From: Anthoceros angustus
Taxonomy: Eukaryota > Plantae > Anthocerotophyta
Reading direction: 5' to 3'
DNA length: 64,000 bases
Assembly: GCA_010909165.1 (NCBI GenBank)
Contig: MU008165.1
Span: 558,001 to 622,000 of the forward strand
Below are positions 10,297 to 21,911 of the stretch, in pieces. Under the pieces are notes generated by a model that saw only the letters and a program-made list of their open reading frames with translations, did no database searches and had not been told where the DNA came from. Both the position numbers and the translations under genes were made by a program. Each line of letters begins with the position of its first letter. Position 1 is the first letter of the stretch.

Positions 10297-11582
10297 GAAT
10301 ATTGTATAAAAGCTGGCTGGTATCCGCCACAGCTTTCACGGCAAGAATCGGACATTTCATTTGATCCGTGTGAACTTTGAAACACTTGGCTGCAACTTCT
10401 TGCTGGATGGAAGAGTGAGGGGGTTCCATGAGTTCTTTCGCGATGCCGCAATCCGCCAGAGCACGCCATTCGCCAGCAGCACCATGTGCATGGCATCCTG
10501 CATAGTTTCATTGGCCTTAGAGAACTACCCAATGGGAAACCATATGGACCCCATGACCCTACTTTACATACACAATTACCAAAGTATGGCACTACTGGTG
10601 GCCTATCTCTAGTTCTCCCTTTACATAGCATCATGTGCCATTATCCCATGCCATCCACATTGGCCTACTCCTGAGGAAGTAACTTGGTTGTAGCTTTGGA
10701 AGTGATCATCGTCGTTAGTTATAAGTGTACAAACCACGCCAGGATCACATCGTCCTCCTCCAATTTTTCCTTCAAACCCTTGAACAATGTCTCATTACAT
10801 ACGTCAACGCCCTCATTACGCAGTTGCTCATCCCCACCTCGCCAATTTCAAATCCCACCAGCTCATCGAGGATCAGCCTCCAAAACAGCCAGGATGCGGA
10901 CTTCCCGAGCTCAAGCTGCCACTTCCTGTCTCTTCCTGCATGGAACCTTTCAATATCGAAAGGCCTGCATGTTTGCCATGGCAGATAAACGAGGGTGTGC
11001 ACGTGGGCTACGGGAAAAGAGATATGGCGAGCATAAGGGCGTGGAGCGGGAGGACGTGAGAAGAGGAAGGGAGAACCGATGCGGGAGCATGATAGGAGAG
11101 AGAGCGTGGCCAACGCGAGGAGAGAGGTTGACTCGGAATGTCAACTGATAAACTGATAACTTTATAGTAATAAAAGTAATTATTATAAGTAAAATTTGCC
11201 TTCAAATTTTAAATTCCAGTTTTTCACTCTCTTTCATTTCAAGGTAATCAAGTGTCTATGAAGATATGGCTCTCAAGTGTGGCACCAAACTATGCTTGCA
11301 TGCAAACTTTCTACCCTCCCTCAAGCTAATCAAGTGTCTATGCACATTAAAGTGTGGCACCAAGCCATGCTTGCATCCCATTGTCAGAGAATATTTTTGT
11401 ACCTAGGGTTAGGCTTTGTCACATTAGGCTTTGCTCGGAATGCACATGGACGCTAGGATGGTCGCTATCATGGTTTGGGCATGATCTAGACACGATTTTG
11501 CTCGAGGGAAGCCTAGTATCCACTGTAGGCTCTTTGAATTGTCGGGAATGAAAGACGAAGTATCTCCAAACCCTTCGACCTA

Positions 11583-11760
11583 CACTACTAGAAAATGAGG
11601 GTTTTTACAACAGTTTTTCTAGCGAGTGTAATAATGTGCCGTTGTAAAACAGCGTTGTTTTGTAAACCGATTTTTATAACGGGTGTTGTAATGTGGCGTT
11701 GTAAAACGGCGTTGTTTTGTAACGGGTGTGCTTCATGACATTGTAAAATTGTTGACATAG
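11583..11760 (+). mobile_element. CACTA (En/Spm) transposon left terminus with subterminal repeats
   Basis: CACTACTAGAAAA at 11583, followed by short direct and inverted repeats (gttgtaaaac, gcgttgttttgtaa) typical of CACTA subtermini. No transposase is seen. Confidence 0.7.
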
Positions 11761-12569
11761 CCAATTCCAGCGCCACGTCATTAAAGTGGTGATGTGGCAC
11801 CACATCACCGCCACATCACCAAGTGATGATATGGCATGTTGTTGTTGTTGTCACGTGGCCCTTCATTGCCATGTCATCAGGTGATGATGTGGCATGATTT
11901 GATGACATGGCCCTCATCGCCACATCACCATGTGATGACATGGTGCCCACTGCCATGTGGCACCTAGTCAGCAACCCTTGCCACGTCACCTATTACAACG
12001 CCTCTTACAAAACCATTTATAACATCCCAGTTATCTAAGTTTGAGACGTCTCGGTGCAGGTACAACGCACTTTACAACGGCCTATTTTACAAAACCATCT
12101 ACAATATCCATTACAAAAGGAATTACAACATCTAAGTTTGAGACGTCTCGGTGCGGGTACAACGTACTTTACAAACGACCTATTTTACAAAACCACCTAC
12201 AATATCATAATTACAAAAGAAATTACAACATCTAAGTTTGAGACATCTCGGTGCGGGTACAATGCACTTTACAACGACATATTTTACAAAACCATCTACA
12301 ATATCGCAATTACAAAAGGAATTACAACATTTAAATTACAACGCCCTTTTATGTAATATATGTATGCAGAAAATACCTATATACAGAAATACATAATATT
12401 AGTAACATAAATATATAATTTTCAGCTTCTTTAAATAGGGCATATTTACAACAAATGTTTTACAACGTATTTTTTTGTAAACTTTGTATGCTGCATGCAT
12501 CTTGTTGTGAATTAGTGGGACACACGAGAAATGGAATGCTACTACCAAGTGCAAGTGACTCTAAACCCC

Positions 12570-13800
12570 GAATGAACACACACCCTCACACAAACTCACA
12601 ATTCAACTCACACAAACTCACATTCAACTCACACAAACTCACAGCCCACACAAACTCACACAAACTCACACAAACTCACAAGAACCCACTGGCTCTCACA
12701 GGCTCTCAGGATCAGGCTCACAGGCTCTCAGGATCAGCGCTCACAGGCTCTCACAGGCGAGACTCACAAGCTCTTGCGCTCACAACCTCACAGGATCAGG
12801 CTCACGGCCTCTCATAGTCTCTCGCTCACAGGCTCTCAGGATCAGCGCTCACGGCCTCTCATAGTCTCGCTCACAGGCTCTCACAGGATCAGCGCTCACG
12901 GCTCTCGCTCTCGAGGCTCTCATAGGATCTCATGCTTACAGGCTCGCCCGCTCACAGGCTCACAAGCTCTCGCTCACACACGCTCACAGCTCGGCTCTCG
13001 CTCTCACAGGCTCACAAGCTCACTAGCTCTCACTCTCACTCGAGCTCTTGCTCTCACAAGCTCCACAGTTCTCACGGGTTCATAGGAGCCATTCCCTAGA
13101 CACACAGACTCCCACAAACAAACATTGGGGCCATTCCCCAAACACACAGACTCACAAACATTCGGGCCATTCCCCAACATACGAGACTCACAAACATTGG
13201 GGCCATTACCCTCGACACACACTCACACATTCAACTCACACAAACTCACAACGCCCACACAAACTCACACAAACTCACACAAACTCACAAGAACCCACAC
13301 CTGGCTCTCAGAATCAGCGCTCACAGGCTCTCACGGGATCAGTGCTCACAGCTCTCACAGGCGAGACTCACAAGCTCTTGCGCTCACAACCTCTCAGGAT
13401 CAGCGCTCACGGCCTCTCATAGTCTCGCTCACAGGCTCTCACAGGATCAGCGCTCACGGCTCTCGGGCTCTCGTGCTCTCATAGGATCTCATGCTTACAG
13501 GCTCGCCCGCTCAGGCTCAGAAGCTCTCGCTCTCACAGGCTCACAAGCTCACTAGCTCTCACTCTCACAGGCTCAGAAGCTCTTGCTCTCACAAGCTCAC
13601 AGGTTCTCACAGGTTCATAGGAGCCATTCCCTAGACACACAGACTCCCACAAACAAACATTGGGGCCATTCCCCAAACACACAGACTCACAAACATTCGG
13701 GCCATTCCCCAACATACAGACTCACAAACATTGGGGCCATTACCCTCGACACACACACTCACACAAACATTAGGGCCATTCCCCCAGACACACATACATG
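12570..13800. repeat. Low-complexity arrays (cacaaact)n, (ctcacagg)n-like and acattggggccattcccc repeats
   Basis: Directly visible. A shorter copy lies at about 15350-16020 in the second duplication unit. Confidence 0.9.
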
Positions 13801-13899
13801 GGACATTCCCCACAAAAAGCCCGCATCAGTATCAATTTCTAAGAGTTTCAAAGGAGCAACTAAAAGAAAGCATCATGAACTCCACCAGAATGAGTGCAA

Positions 13900-14400
13900 C
13901 ACACATTAATGAATTTTTTGTCAACATCACATATCCTATCTTGTCAGACAACAAAACGAATATCATGGCGACACCAGTATGCAACCGGATTATACATCGT
14001 GGTTGTTGCCCGACAGTGAGAACCATCTATAGCGCCAACCATATTGGGAAGACCCGTGAGTTGCTTGAACTTCAATGTTGTTTGCTCTAATTCCATCCTT
14101 GTAGGCCAATGAACCGTTGGAAAATAATTTTCACGATTGCTTAGTATCTTTGAAATCATAATAGTGTATTGAGCCATAGTCAAAGCTCCTAGTAGGCCCC
14201 ATACATATCTGCAACAATATGAGACGGCAACCCCCTAACAAGACGATAGAGGATCAAGGTAACTGCATATTGGTGTTGAAGAGGCTTCCTAATAGATGTA
14301 CGAAGCATGTTCGAACGTGGTATATTAACCAAACCCAGAAAGTTAGATATGACATTCTTAGGATATAACATTCTACAAGCAAATCACCATTGAGCATCCG
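13900..14400 (-). mobile_element. PIF/Harbinger DDE transposase fragment (copy 1)
   Basis: Frameshifted pieces LQHQYAVTLILYRLVRGLPSHIVADMYG (HTH-like), FKQLTGLPNMVGAIDGSH and YWCRH match the DDE_Tnp_4-type GAIDGSHI motif. Confidence 0.8.
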
Positions 14401-16158
14401 TACCTTAGCTCCAATGCTATGCCATGCTTGCATACGTACATCTCTCCATAATAAGGAAACTTCACCATTCCCTCTTCCGCTTCCTAGATGATAATTGCTC
14501 CAAACTGTTCCGAGACTGTGCTCCGAGACTGTTGAACATTCTTGACTCCCCTGTTCAAGTACAGTGGTTGTGCTACCTGGTGATGTGGCACCACATCACC
14601 GCCACATCACCAAGTGATGATATGGCATGTTGTTGTTGTTGTCACGTGGCCCTTCATTGCCATGTCATCGGTGATGATGTGGCATGATTTGATGACATGG
14701 CCTCATCGCCACATCACCATGTGATGACATGGTGCCCACTGCCATGTGGCACCTAGTCAGGAACCCTTGCCACGTCACCTATTACAACGCCTCTTACAAA
14801 ACCATTTATAACATCCCAGTTATCTAAGTTTGAGACGTCTCGGTGCAGGTACAACGCACTTTACAACGGCCTATTTTACAAAACCATCTACAATATCCAT
14901 TACAAAAGGAATTACAACATCTAAGTTTGAGACGTCTCGGTGCGGGTACAACGTACTTTACAACGGCCTATTTTACAAAACCACCTACAATATCATAATT
15001 ACAAAAGAATTACAACATCTAAGTTTGAGACATCTCGTGGTACAATGCACTTTACGACATATTTTACAAAACCATCTACAATATCGCAATTACAAAAGGA
15101 ATTACAACATTTAAATTACAACGCCCTTTTATGTAATATATGTATGCAGAAAATACCTATATACAGAAATACATAATATTAGTAACATAAATATATAATT
15201 TTCAGCTTCTTTAAATAGGGCATATTTACAACAAATGTTTTACAACGTATTTTTTTGTAAACTTTGTATGCTGCATGCATCTTGTTGTGAATTAGTGGGA
15301 CACACGAGAAATGGAATGCTACTACCAAGTGCAAGTGACTCTAAACCCCAGAATGAACACACACCCTCACACAAACTCACAAATTCAACTCACACAAACT
15401 CACACATTCAACTCACACAAACTCACAACGGCCCACACAAACTCACACAAACTCACACAAACTCACAAGAACCCACACTGGCTCTCACAGAATCAGGCGC
15501 TCACAGGCTCTCACAGGATCAGGTGCTCACAGGCTCTCACAGGCGAGACTCACAAGCTCTTGCGCTCACAACCTCTCACAGGATCAGGCGCTCACAGCCT
15601 CTCATAGTCTCTCGCGCTCACAGGCTCTCACAGGATCAGGCGCTCACCGGCTCTCAGGCTCTCAGGCTCTCATAGGATCTCATGCTTACAGGCTCGCCCG
15701 CTCACAGGCTCACAAGCTCTCGCTCACACACGCTCACAGGCTCAGAAGCTCTCGCTCTCACAGGCTCACAAGCTCACTAGCTCTCACTCTCACAGGCTCA
15801 GAAGCTCTTGCTCTCACAAGCTCACAGGTTCTCACAGGTTCATAGGAGCCATTCCCTAGACACACAGACTCCCACAAACAAACATTGGGGCCATTCCCCA
15901 AACACAGACTCACAAACATTGGGGCCATTCCCCAACATATGACTCACAAACATTGGGGCCATTACCCTCGACACACACTCACACAAACATTAGGGCCATT
16001 CCCCCAGACACACATACATGGGACATTCCCCACAAAAAGCCCGCATCAGTATCAATTTCTAAGAGTTTCAAAGGAGCAACTAAAAGCATCATGAACTCCA
16101 CGGAATGAGTGCAACACACATTAATGAATTTTTTGTCAACATCACATATCCTATCTTG

Positions 16159-16600
16159 TCAGACAACAAAACGAATATCATGGCGACACCAGTATGCAAC
16201 CGGATTATCTGTCCTGTTAAGTTGTGCAGCCAGCTTGATGTGAGAACCATCTATAGCGCCAACCATATTGGGAAGACCCGTGAGTTGCTTGAACTTCAAT
16301 GTTGTTTGCTCTAATTCCATCCTTGTAGGCCAATGAACCAGTCTGGAAAATAATTTTTCCTGATTGCTTAGTATCTTTGAAATCATAATAGTGTATTGAG
16401 CCATAGTCAAAGCTCCTAGTAGGCCCCATACATATCTGCAACAATATGAGACGGCAACCCCCTAACAAGACGATAGAGGATCAAGGTAACTGCATATTGG
16501 TGTTGAAGAGGCTTCCTAATAGATGTACGAAGCATGTTCGAACGTGGTATATTAACCAAACCCAGAAAGTTAGATATGACATTCTTAGGATATAACATTC
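16159..16600 (-). mobile_element. PIF/Harbinger DDE transposase fragment (copy 2)
   Basis: Contains MVGAIDGSHIKLAAQLNRTDNPVAYWCRHDIRFVV; duplicate of the copy at 13900-14400. Confidence 0.8.
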
Positions 16601-17684
16601 TACAAGCAAATCACCATTGAGCATCCGTACCTTAGCTCCAATGCTATGCCATGCTTGCATACGTACATCTCTCCATAATAAGGAAACTTCACCATTCCCT
16701 CTTCCGCTTCCTAGATGATAATTGCTCCAAACTGTTCCGAGACTGTGCTCCGAGACTGTTGAACATTCTTGACTCCCCTGTTCAAGTACAGTGGTTGTGC
16801 TACCTGGTGATGCGCTGGATGGGGTGGATCCGCCGCGCACTTTGCAGCTCTAGCTAGACCTGGGGCCAATGCGATTTTTAACCCGTTGACGACTTGTCAC
16901 CAGGATATTCTCCGGAGACAGTGGTGCCGAACAGCTGTTAAAGCACGTGGCCAGGAAGGAGGTTGGGGAGAGCTTGGAGCAGGAGGGTGTCCCAGAAGCT
17001 TCTCAAGCGCGTGGCGTGCAGGCCTATAAAACGTAGGCTGCAGCACGGAGATGTAGGGAGGTGGTGGGATGGTGGGAAGGCTGTCCACCTGATGCAGGTT
17101 TGCTGGAGGTGGAAAGAGGGTCTCCAGATGATGCAGGTAGATGGTAGAGATAGTCTCTTCTGCCCTCGCACGCATAGATACATTGTCATTGAGGTACCTG
17201 TGACTCGCCATGAGGTGTTGTGATCATGCCAGTGCTGGCTTTGTGGATTGGTGACCTGCAGGTGCTTGCAAGCGTGAAGGGCAGTACCCGGCCGGGGGGA
17301 CGTGTGTGAGCGTGTAGGGTGGGATGGGCGTTGCAGTTCCAGTTGCAGTTGCCGGTGGAAGTAAGTGTCAATGTTTGTGCCCATCCGGATGGCTTTGAGC
17401 ATGCGAGGGTGAGTGTTGTCATGACAAGCTTGGAGCGTGCATGCTGATCATGAGCTGCAAGTGGTGTGCCTACAATTGGTGCAGTGCTGCTGATAGTTGT
17501 GGCTGGGGCAGGTTGCCCGGCAGTGGTGCTGATGATAGCTTCGTGTTCCAACGGTGCAGGGGCTTGGCATCCTGTACTGTAGGTTCTCGTCGGAAACGCA
17601 GTGTGTGAATTCGGAGGTGGGGGTACTGGTCCGGAGTCGGATCTTGTAGCCCGGTGGGCCGTGTCAGCAGTGGAGCGAATTGGC

Positions 17685-20600
17685 ATGGCGGGCTCGGATT
17701 CCGAGGATGCGAATGAGGAGCCGCTTCCTGTTGCGTTGCAGCAGCTTCTGGCCGAGCTGGGCGCCGGCCCATGGCCAGCTAGTGCAGCTCTTGCCTCTTC
17801 ATCCCACACTCCGCCACTGCGCACTGTTCTTGAATACGATCTGAGGGATGACAGGTTCGGGGGCTTCTTCTACCGGCAGATCTGGGCCGCACCGGTGGCT
17901 ACGAAGCGGTGGAGGGAAGTGCGACTGCAGGTGCTCTCTGCCATCGGCCATTGTCCTACTCTCGAAACCATCCGGTTGCGGGGCCAGTATAGAATCGGCG
18001 AGGATGGGCGAGTGGAAGAGGTGGAGGCTCTGTTGGGGGGGCTGGCATCCATATCCGACACCTCCGCCTTACACAAGCTGGATGTTGGAGAATGTAAGGG
18101 TGTGGGCAGCGCGGCTGGATGTGAAGCTTTGGCAGGCCTCCTGCGCGTCAGTCGCACGCTCCACGAGTTGATATTGAAAGCGGTCAATCTGCATGCGGCC
18201 GAGTTGCGGGAGCTGGTGAGCGCACTGAGGGCTGCCCCCCACTCTGCGCTTCGCGTCCTGGACCTGTCATACAACAACGATCTGACGACATGGTGGAAAT
18301 CGGGGGCTGAACATATAGCGGCGCTGCTCGCTCCCGGTGTTTGCCCTTCCTTGCGTGATTTGAACATTATGGGCATCCCCTGGACATTGACAGATGCGAG
18401 AACAATCGGCAAAGCCCTGGCCAGGAACACCACGTTGCAAGGGTTGCAGATGGGTGGTGGTTCTCGAGATTCACAATATGAGGGTATGGGAGAATTGCTT
18501 CGCACCGGATTGGGAGAAATCAGCACTGAGGGAGATGTGACGGTGGGCAATAGATCTGTCATTAGGCTTGTAATTCTTAACATGCCACATGGGTGTGTGG
18601 CAGATCTGAATTTGGTACTACGCACAAATGCTGTGCTGGAAGCCTGCGAGATGAAGGGAAGTTTGGACTTCAGATATGCCAAAGCAGGACTCCGAGTAGA
18701 CAAGGCCATAGCCCTCAAGAAACTGAGTATGGAAGGATATTTTAGCACACGGTTTAGTGATACAGTTTTTACATCCTTAGGGGTCAATACAACTATACAA
18801 ACTCTCAGTATTCTCGGATATAGAAATTTGACTTTGAAAATATTCACTATTCTTATGCGAAGTCTGCATTCGAATGAATCTTTGGAAACCATAGAAATAG
18901 ATGATCAGGAATGGGAAAAGGAAGGGAAAAGTGCATTGTTGAGGGAAATTGTGCGACGTAATAGTCGGCAGGTTGCATATTTACCTGCATTTTATCAGTA
19001 CCACTTCAAATTTGTATTGCCAAAAATGGGTAGATTCTTTCTCTGTGGATCGCCACGAGCAGGTAATAATTCCATCCTTTCCTTTAGAGTATTTCAAGAT
19101 TACTTGCTCTTTGTGAACGACTAATATAATGTCGGTTAAATATTTGTAGGGAAAAGCATAATACGTCGAAGTATGGTCCGCTATTCTCAAAGATGGAGAG
19201 TGGTGCCGACTTGGATGATGGATGTGCGCATGCCGTGGGAGATGACAAAAGGGATAGAAATCGAACATATTTTCGACAATGACGAAGATTTGCAAGTAAG
19301 CATCTGGGATTTAGCTGGCCAAGCTGAATTTCGCATTCTCCATGATTATCTCTTTCCTAATATTCACCAAGCTTGTCTATTTTCATTCGTGTTTAGTCCC
19401 TTTGACCATGAGTTAGGAGATATTATGTCTAACGAACATATTAGCACAAGGTTTGAGGATGAATTGAAGTATTGGCTAACATTTATTGCATCTAATGTCA
19501 AGCAGGGAAGTGTAGTGAGACCGAAATTATTGGTTATAATTACGTACTTAGATAAATTTAAAGAAAAACAACAACTTATTGAAAGTTTATTATACATAAA
19601 AATGCATTATCTAAAAAAAGAGTTTTCAGATTTAATAGATGTAATTCCACATATGAAAATTATCAAGGCTTATTCAATAAAATGCATAAAGAATGTATCA
19701 CTTGAGGTATTTAAAAGCTTAAAAACTTTATGTGAGGACTCAAAAAAAGTTCCATTAATATGTGAGAAATTGGGTAGAGTCTTGATAAAGTGGGTATCCA
19801 AAAATCCTTTTCAACCTTTGATGCGGAAAAAGGAATTTGAAAGCTATTGTGTGCAACAGCTTGAGGAGTTGAATAATTTTACGTCTGGTGACCAAATGAG
19901 ATTGGCAGCTGTCATTTCATCGTATCTTCATGATGTTGGAAAAATTATCCAGTTGAAAAATGAAGATGTAATAGTAATTAATCCTAATTGGATTACTCAC
20001 AACTTTCTAGGTCATCTCATACAATCACGTAGTCCCCTCTTACCCCCTACTACTCAAGGATTTGTAAGACGAGAGCTACTCGAGTCAGTTCTTACTAACT
20101 TTACAAAGGACTATACCGGACTTGAGACTCAAGACTTGGTGAATATTATGTTGGAGTTGGAGTTATGTTACGAGGCACCTCTAGATATGGAAACGCAAGG
20201 GTTTTTCATTCCAACAACCATCAATCAGCAAGCAGGCTCAAGTAGTGAAACATCTCTACAATGGCCAACTGGAGATGAGAATGATGAAAACTATGAGTTT
20301 ATAGGCCGCCGCTTACAATGTCAAGATGTTCGAACTTTCTTCACCGAGGGTTTTTTCCCGAGGTTTCAGGTAAATGTTTTCCTTTTTCTTGCAAATTTTT
20401 TGCGGTGAAGAGGTTGACAAAGGTGATAACTTGTATTTGAATGTTGTACTAACTTTGTTTCTTCTCTTAAGGTGGTCTTGCGAAATCATCTTTTTTCCAA
20501 GGTGGGCTTGGGAATGCAGTCTCATCATTACATCTTTGGCTACAATCTTATTTCCATAGGCTACAATGGTATGGATATCTTAATAGAATACAGCGGTGGA

Positions 20601-21911
20601 GGAGCGATTGGCGATTTTGTTGACATACTCGTCAAGTCAAAACAACGTCGTGGCTTTGCCTATACATTTATGAGACGCCATGTCCTTGAAGAATTGAGAA
20701 ACTTTTGTGCTTCACCTAGGGGTTGTCCAGGAGTTGCATTGGCAGAAGGTTTCATCAACCCTTTTTGTGTAACTCGTTTGCAACCTTGCAAATTGAGACG
20801 GAACCAAGCATACCTTGAGACAGATTTGACAAAGTTTCTTCTAGATGAAGAGCAAACTTTGCAGTGTGGTGAAGGGTATTTTGTTACCAGAAACATATTG
20901 GATTTTGTACATTCTTGGCCTGCTATTGGCGATGAAGTAAGTGGCATTAGGGTATCTCATAGGGTGGAGGAATTTGTAGATGCGGGATACTTGGCACATA
21001 TAGTGCAAAGGAATAGTGAGTTTTATGAATGGCAAAGAGATTGTGTATTGAAGATGACAACGGATCTTGTGCCTGTGTCACATATGGTCACAAGCTCCAA
21101 GGCTGCAGCAAGTCAAAGTGTGTCAACAATTCCTATACGAAGTCACTCTGACCTCTCCATGGGAAATAGGAGAACTTTCTTGGACAATTTCATTATAATA
21201 TCGCAGAAGCTTGATATACAACATTCGCAGGTGATGGACAAACTAGACAGCAATCAAAAGGAGGTAGTAGAGTTGATTAGATCAGTTGAAGCTAAGATGA
21301 TGGAGTCGAAAAGGGAAACATTGAGGGCTTTGAAACGCACCATGGATGATATTATAGGGTATCATGGTTCCACCTTGCCTCGTCGTCCTTTCTTGTGTAG
21401 TGATTATGTATCCTTCCGAGAAAGGTTTATGGCTTCGATTCAGGTTGGCAAGGCAGTTCATTTGCATCTTATGTGTGAGGAGAGAGGTGGAAACCATATC
21501 GTACAAGGACAACCTGGTTATCCTTTGCTTGTACAGTCCCGTAACTACAAGTGGATTCGAAAGCTTTCTGTGATGAGTGCTAACTTGCTCGTGTCTCTAG
21601 CCAAGGCAGGCTTGCATGTAGCTGCTGGTTTGGGAAATGCTATACCAACTTGCAAACGGAGCCATGCCATGTGGGGATTGGTAGAAACATTGTCCAACCA
21701 CCAATTGCCTAACATGGTGGCCGTGAATGAAGAGGATATCAATGTGGATGCCTGGTTGGGACTCGAGGAGATTCTAAAATCCCTCCAGGGCCGTATGTGG
21801 GAGCTGTTCCGGCTCACACAAGTGAGATACGTACAAGGGAAGGAAACAGCATGGCTTTGCAATAAGTGCATAAGTAAGTGCAAGGCAGGAGGACTGCTTA
21901 TGCAGCGATGA
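17685..21911 (+). CDS. TORNADO1-like Roco protein (RI-like LRR, ROC GTPase, COR), 3 exons
   Basis: Exons 17685-19062, 19150-20369 and 20472-21911 (GT-AG introns of 87 and 102 nt). LRRs (VLDLSYNN, LRDLNIMG, ALARNTTLQGL). Spliced P-loop CGSPRAG|KS, then TKGIEI, WDLAGQ and ITYLDK. COR motifs YLHDVGKII, INPNW and GFFPRFQ. TRN1-like C-terminus HLHLMCE...VRY...AWLCNKC. Confidence 0.88.

Larger units (their letters stand above)
11788..16812. repeat. Tandem duplication of a TE-derived block (units about 11788-14578 and 14579-16805)
   Basis: Near-identical sequence order is repeated twice. TGGTGATG occurs at all three boundaries (11787, 14578, 16805). Confidence 0.9.

Noticed and set aside
12455-13909. 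His/Thr/Ser/Leu-rich ORFs
   Set aside because: Products of simple-repeat arrays.
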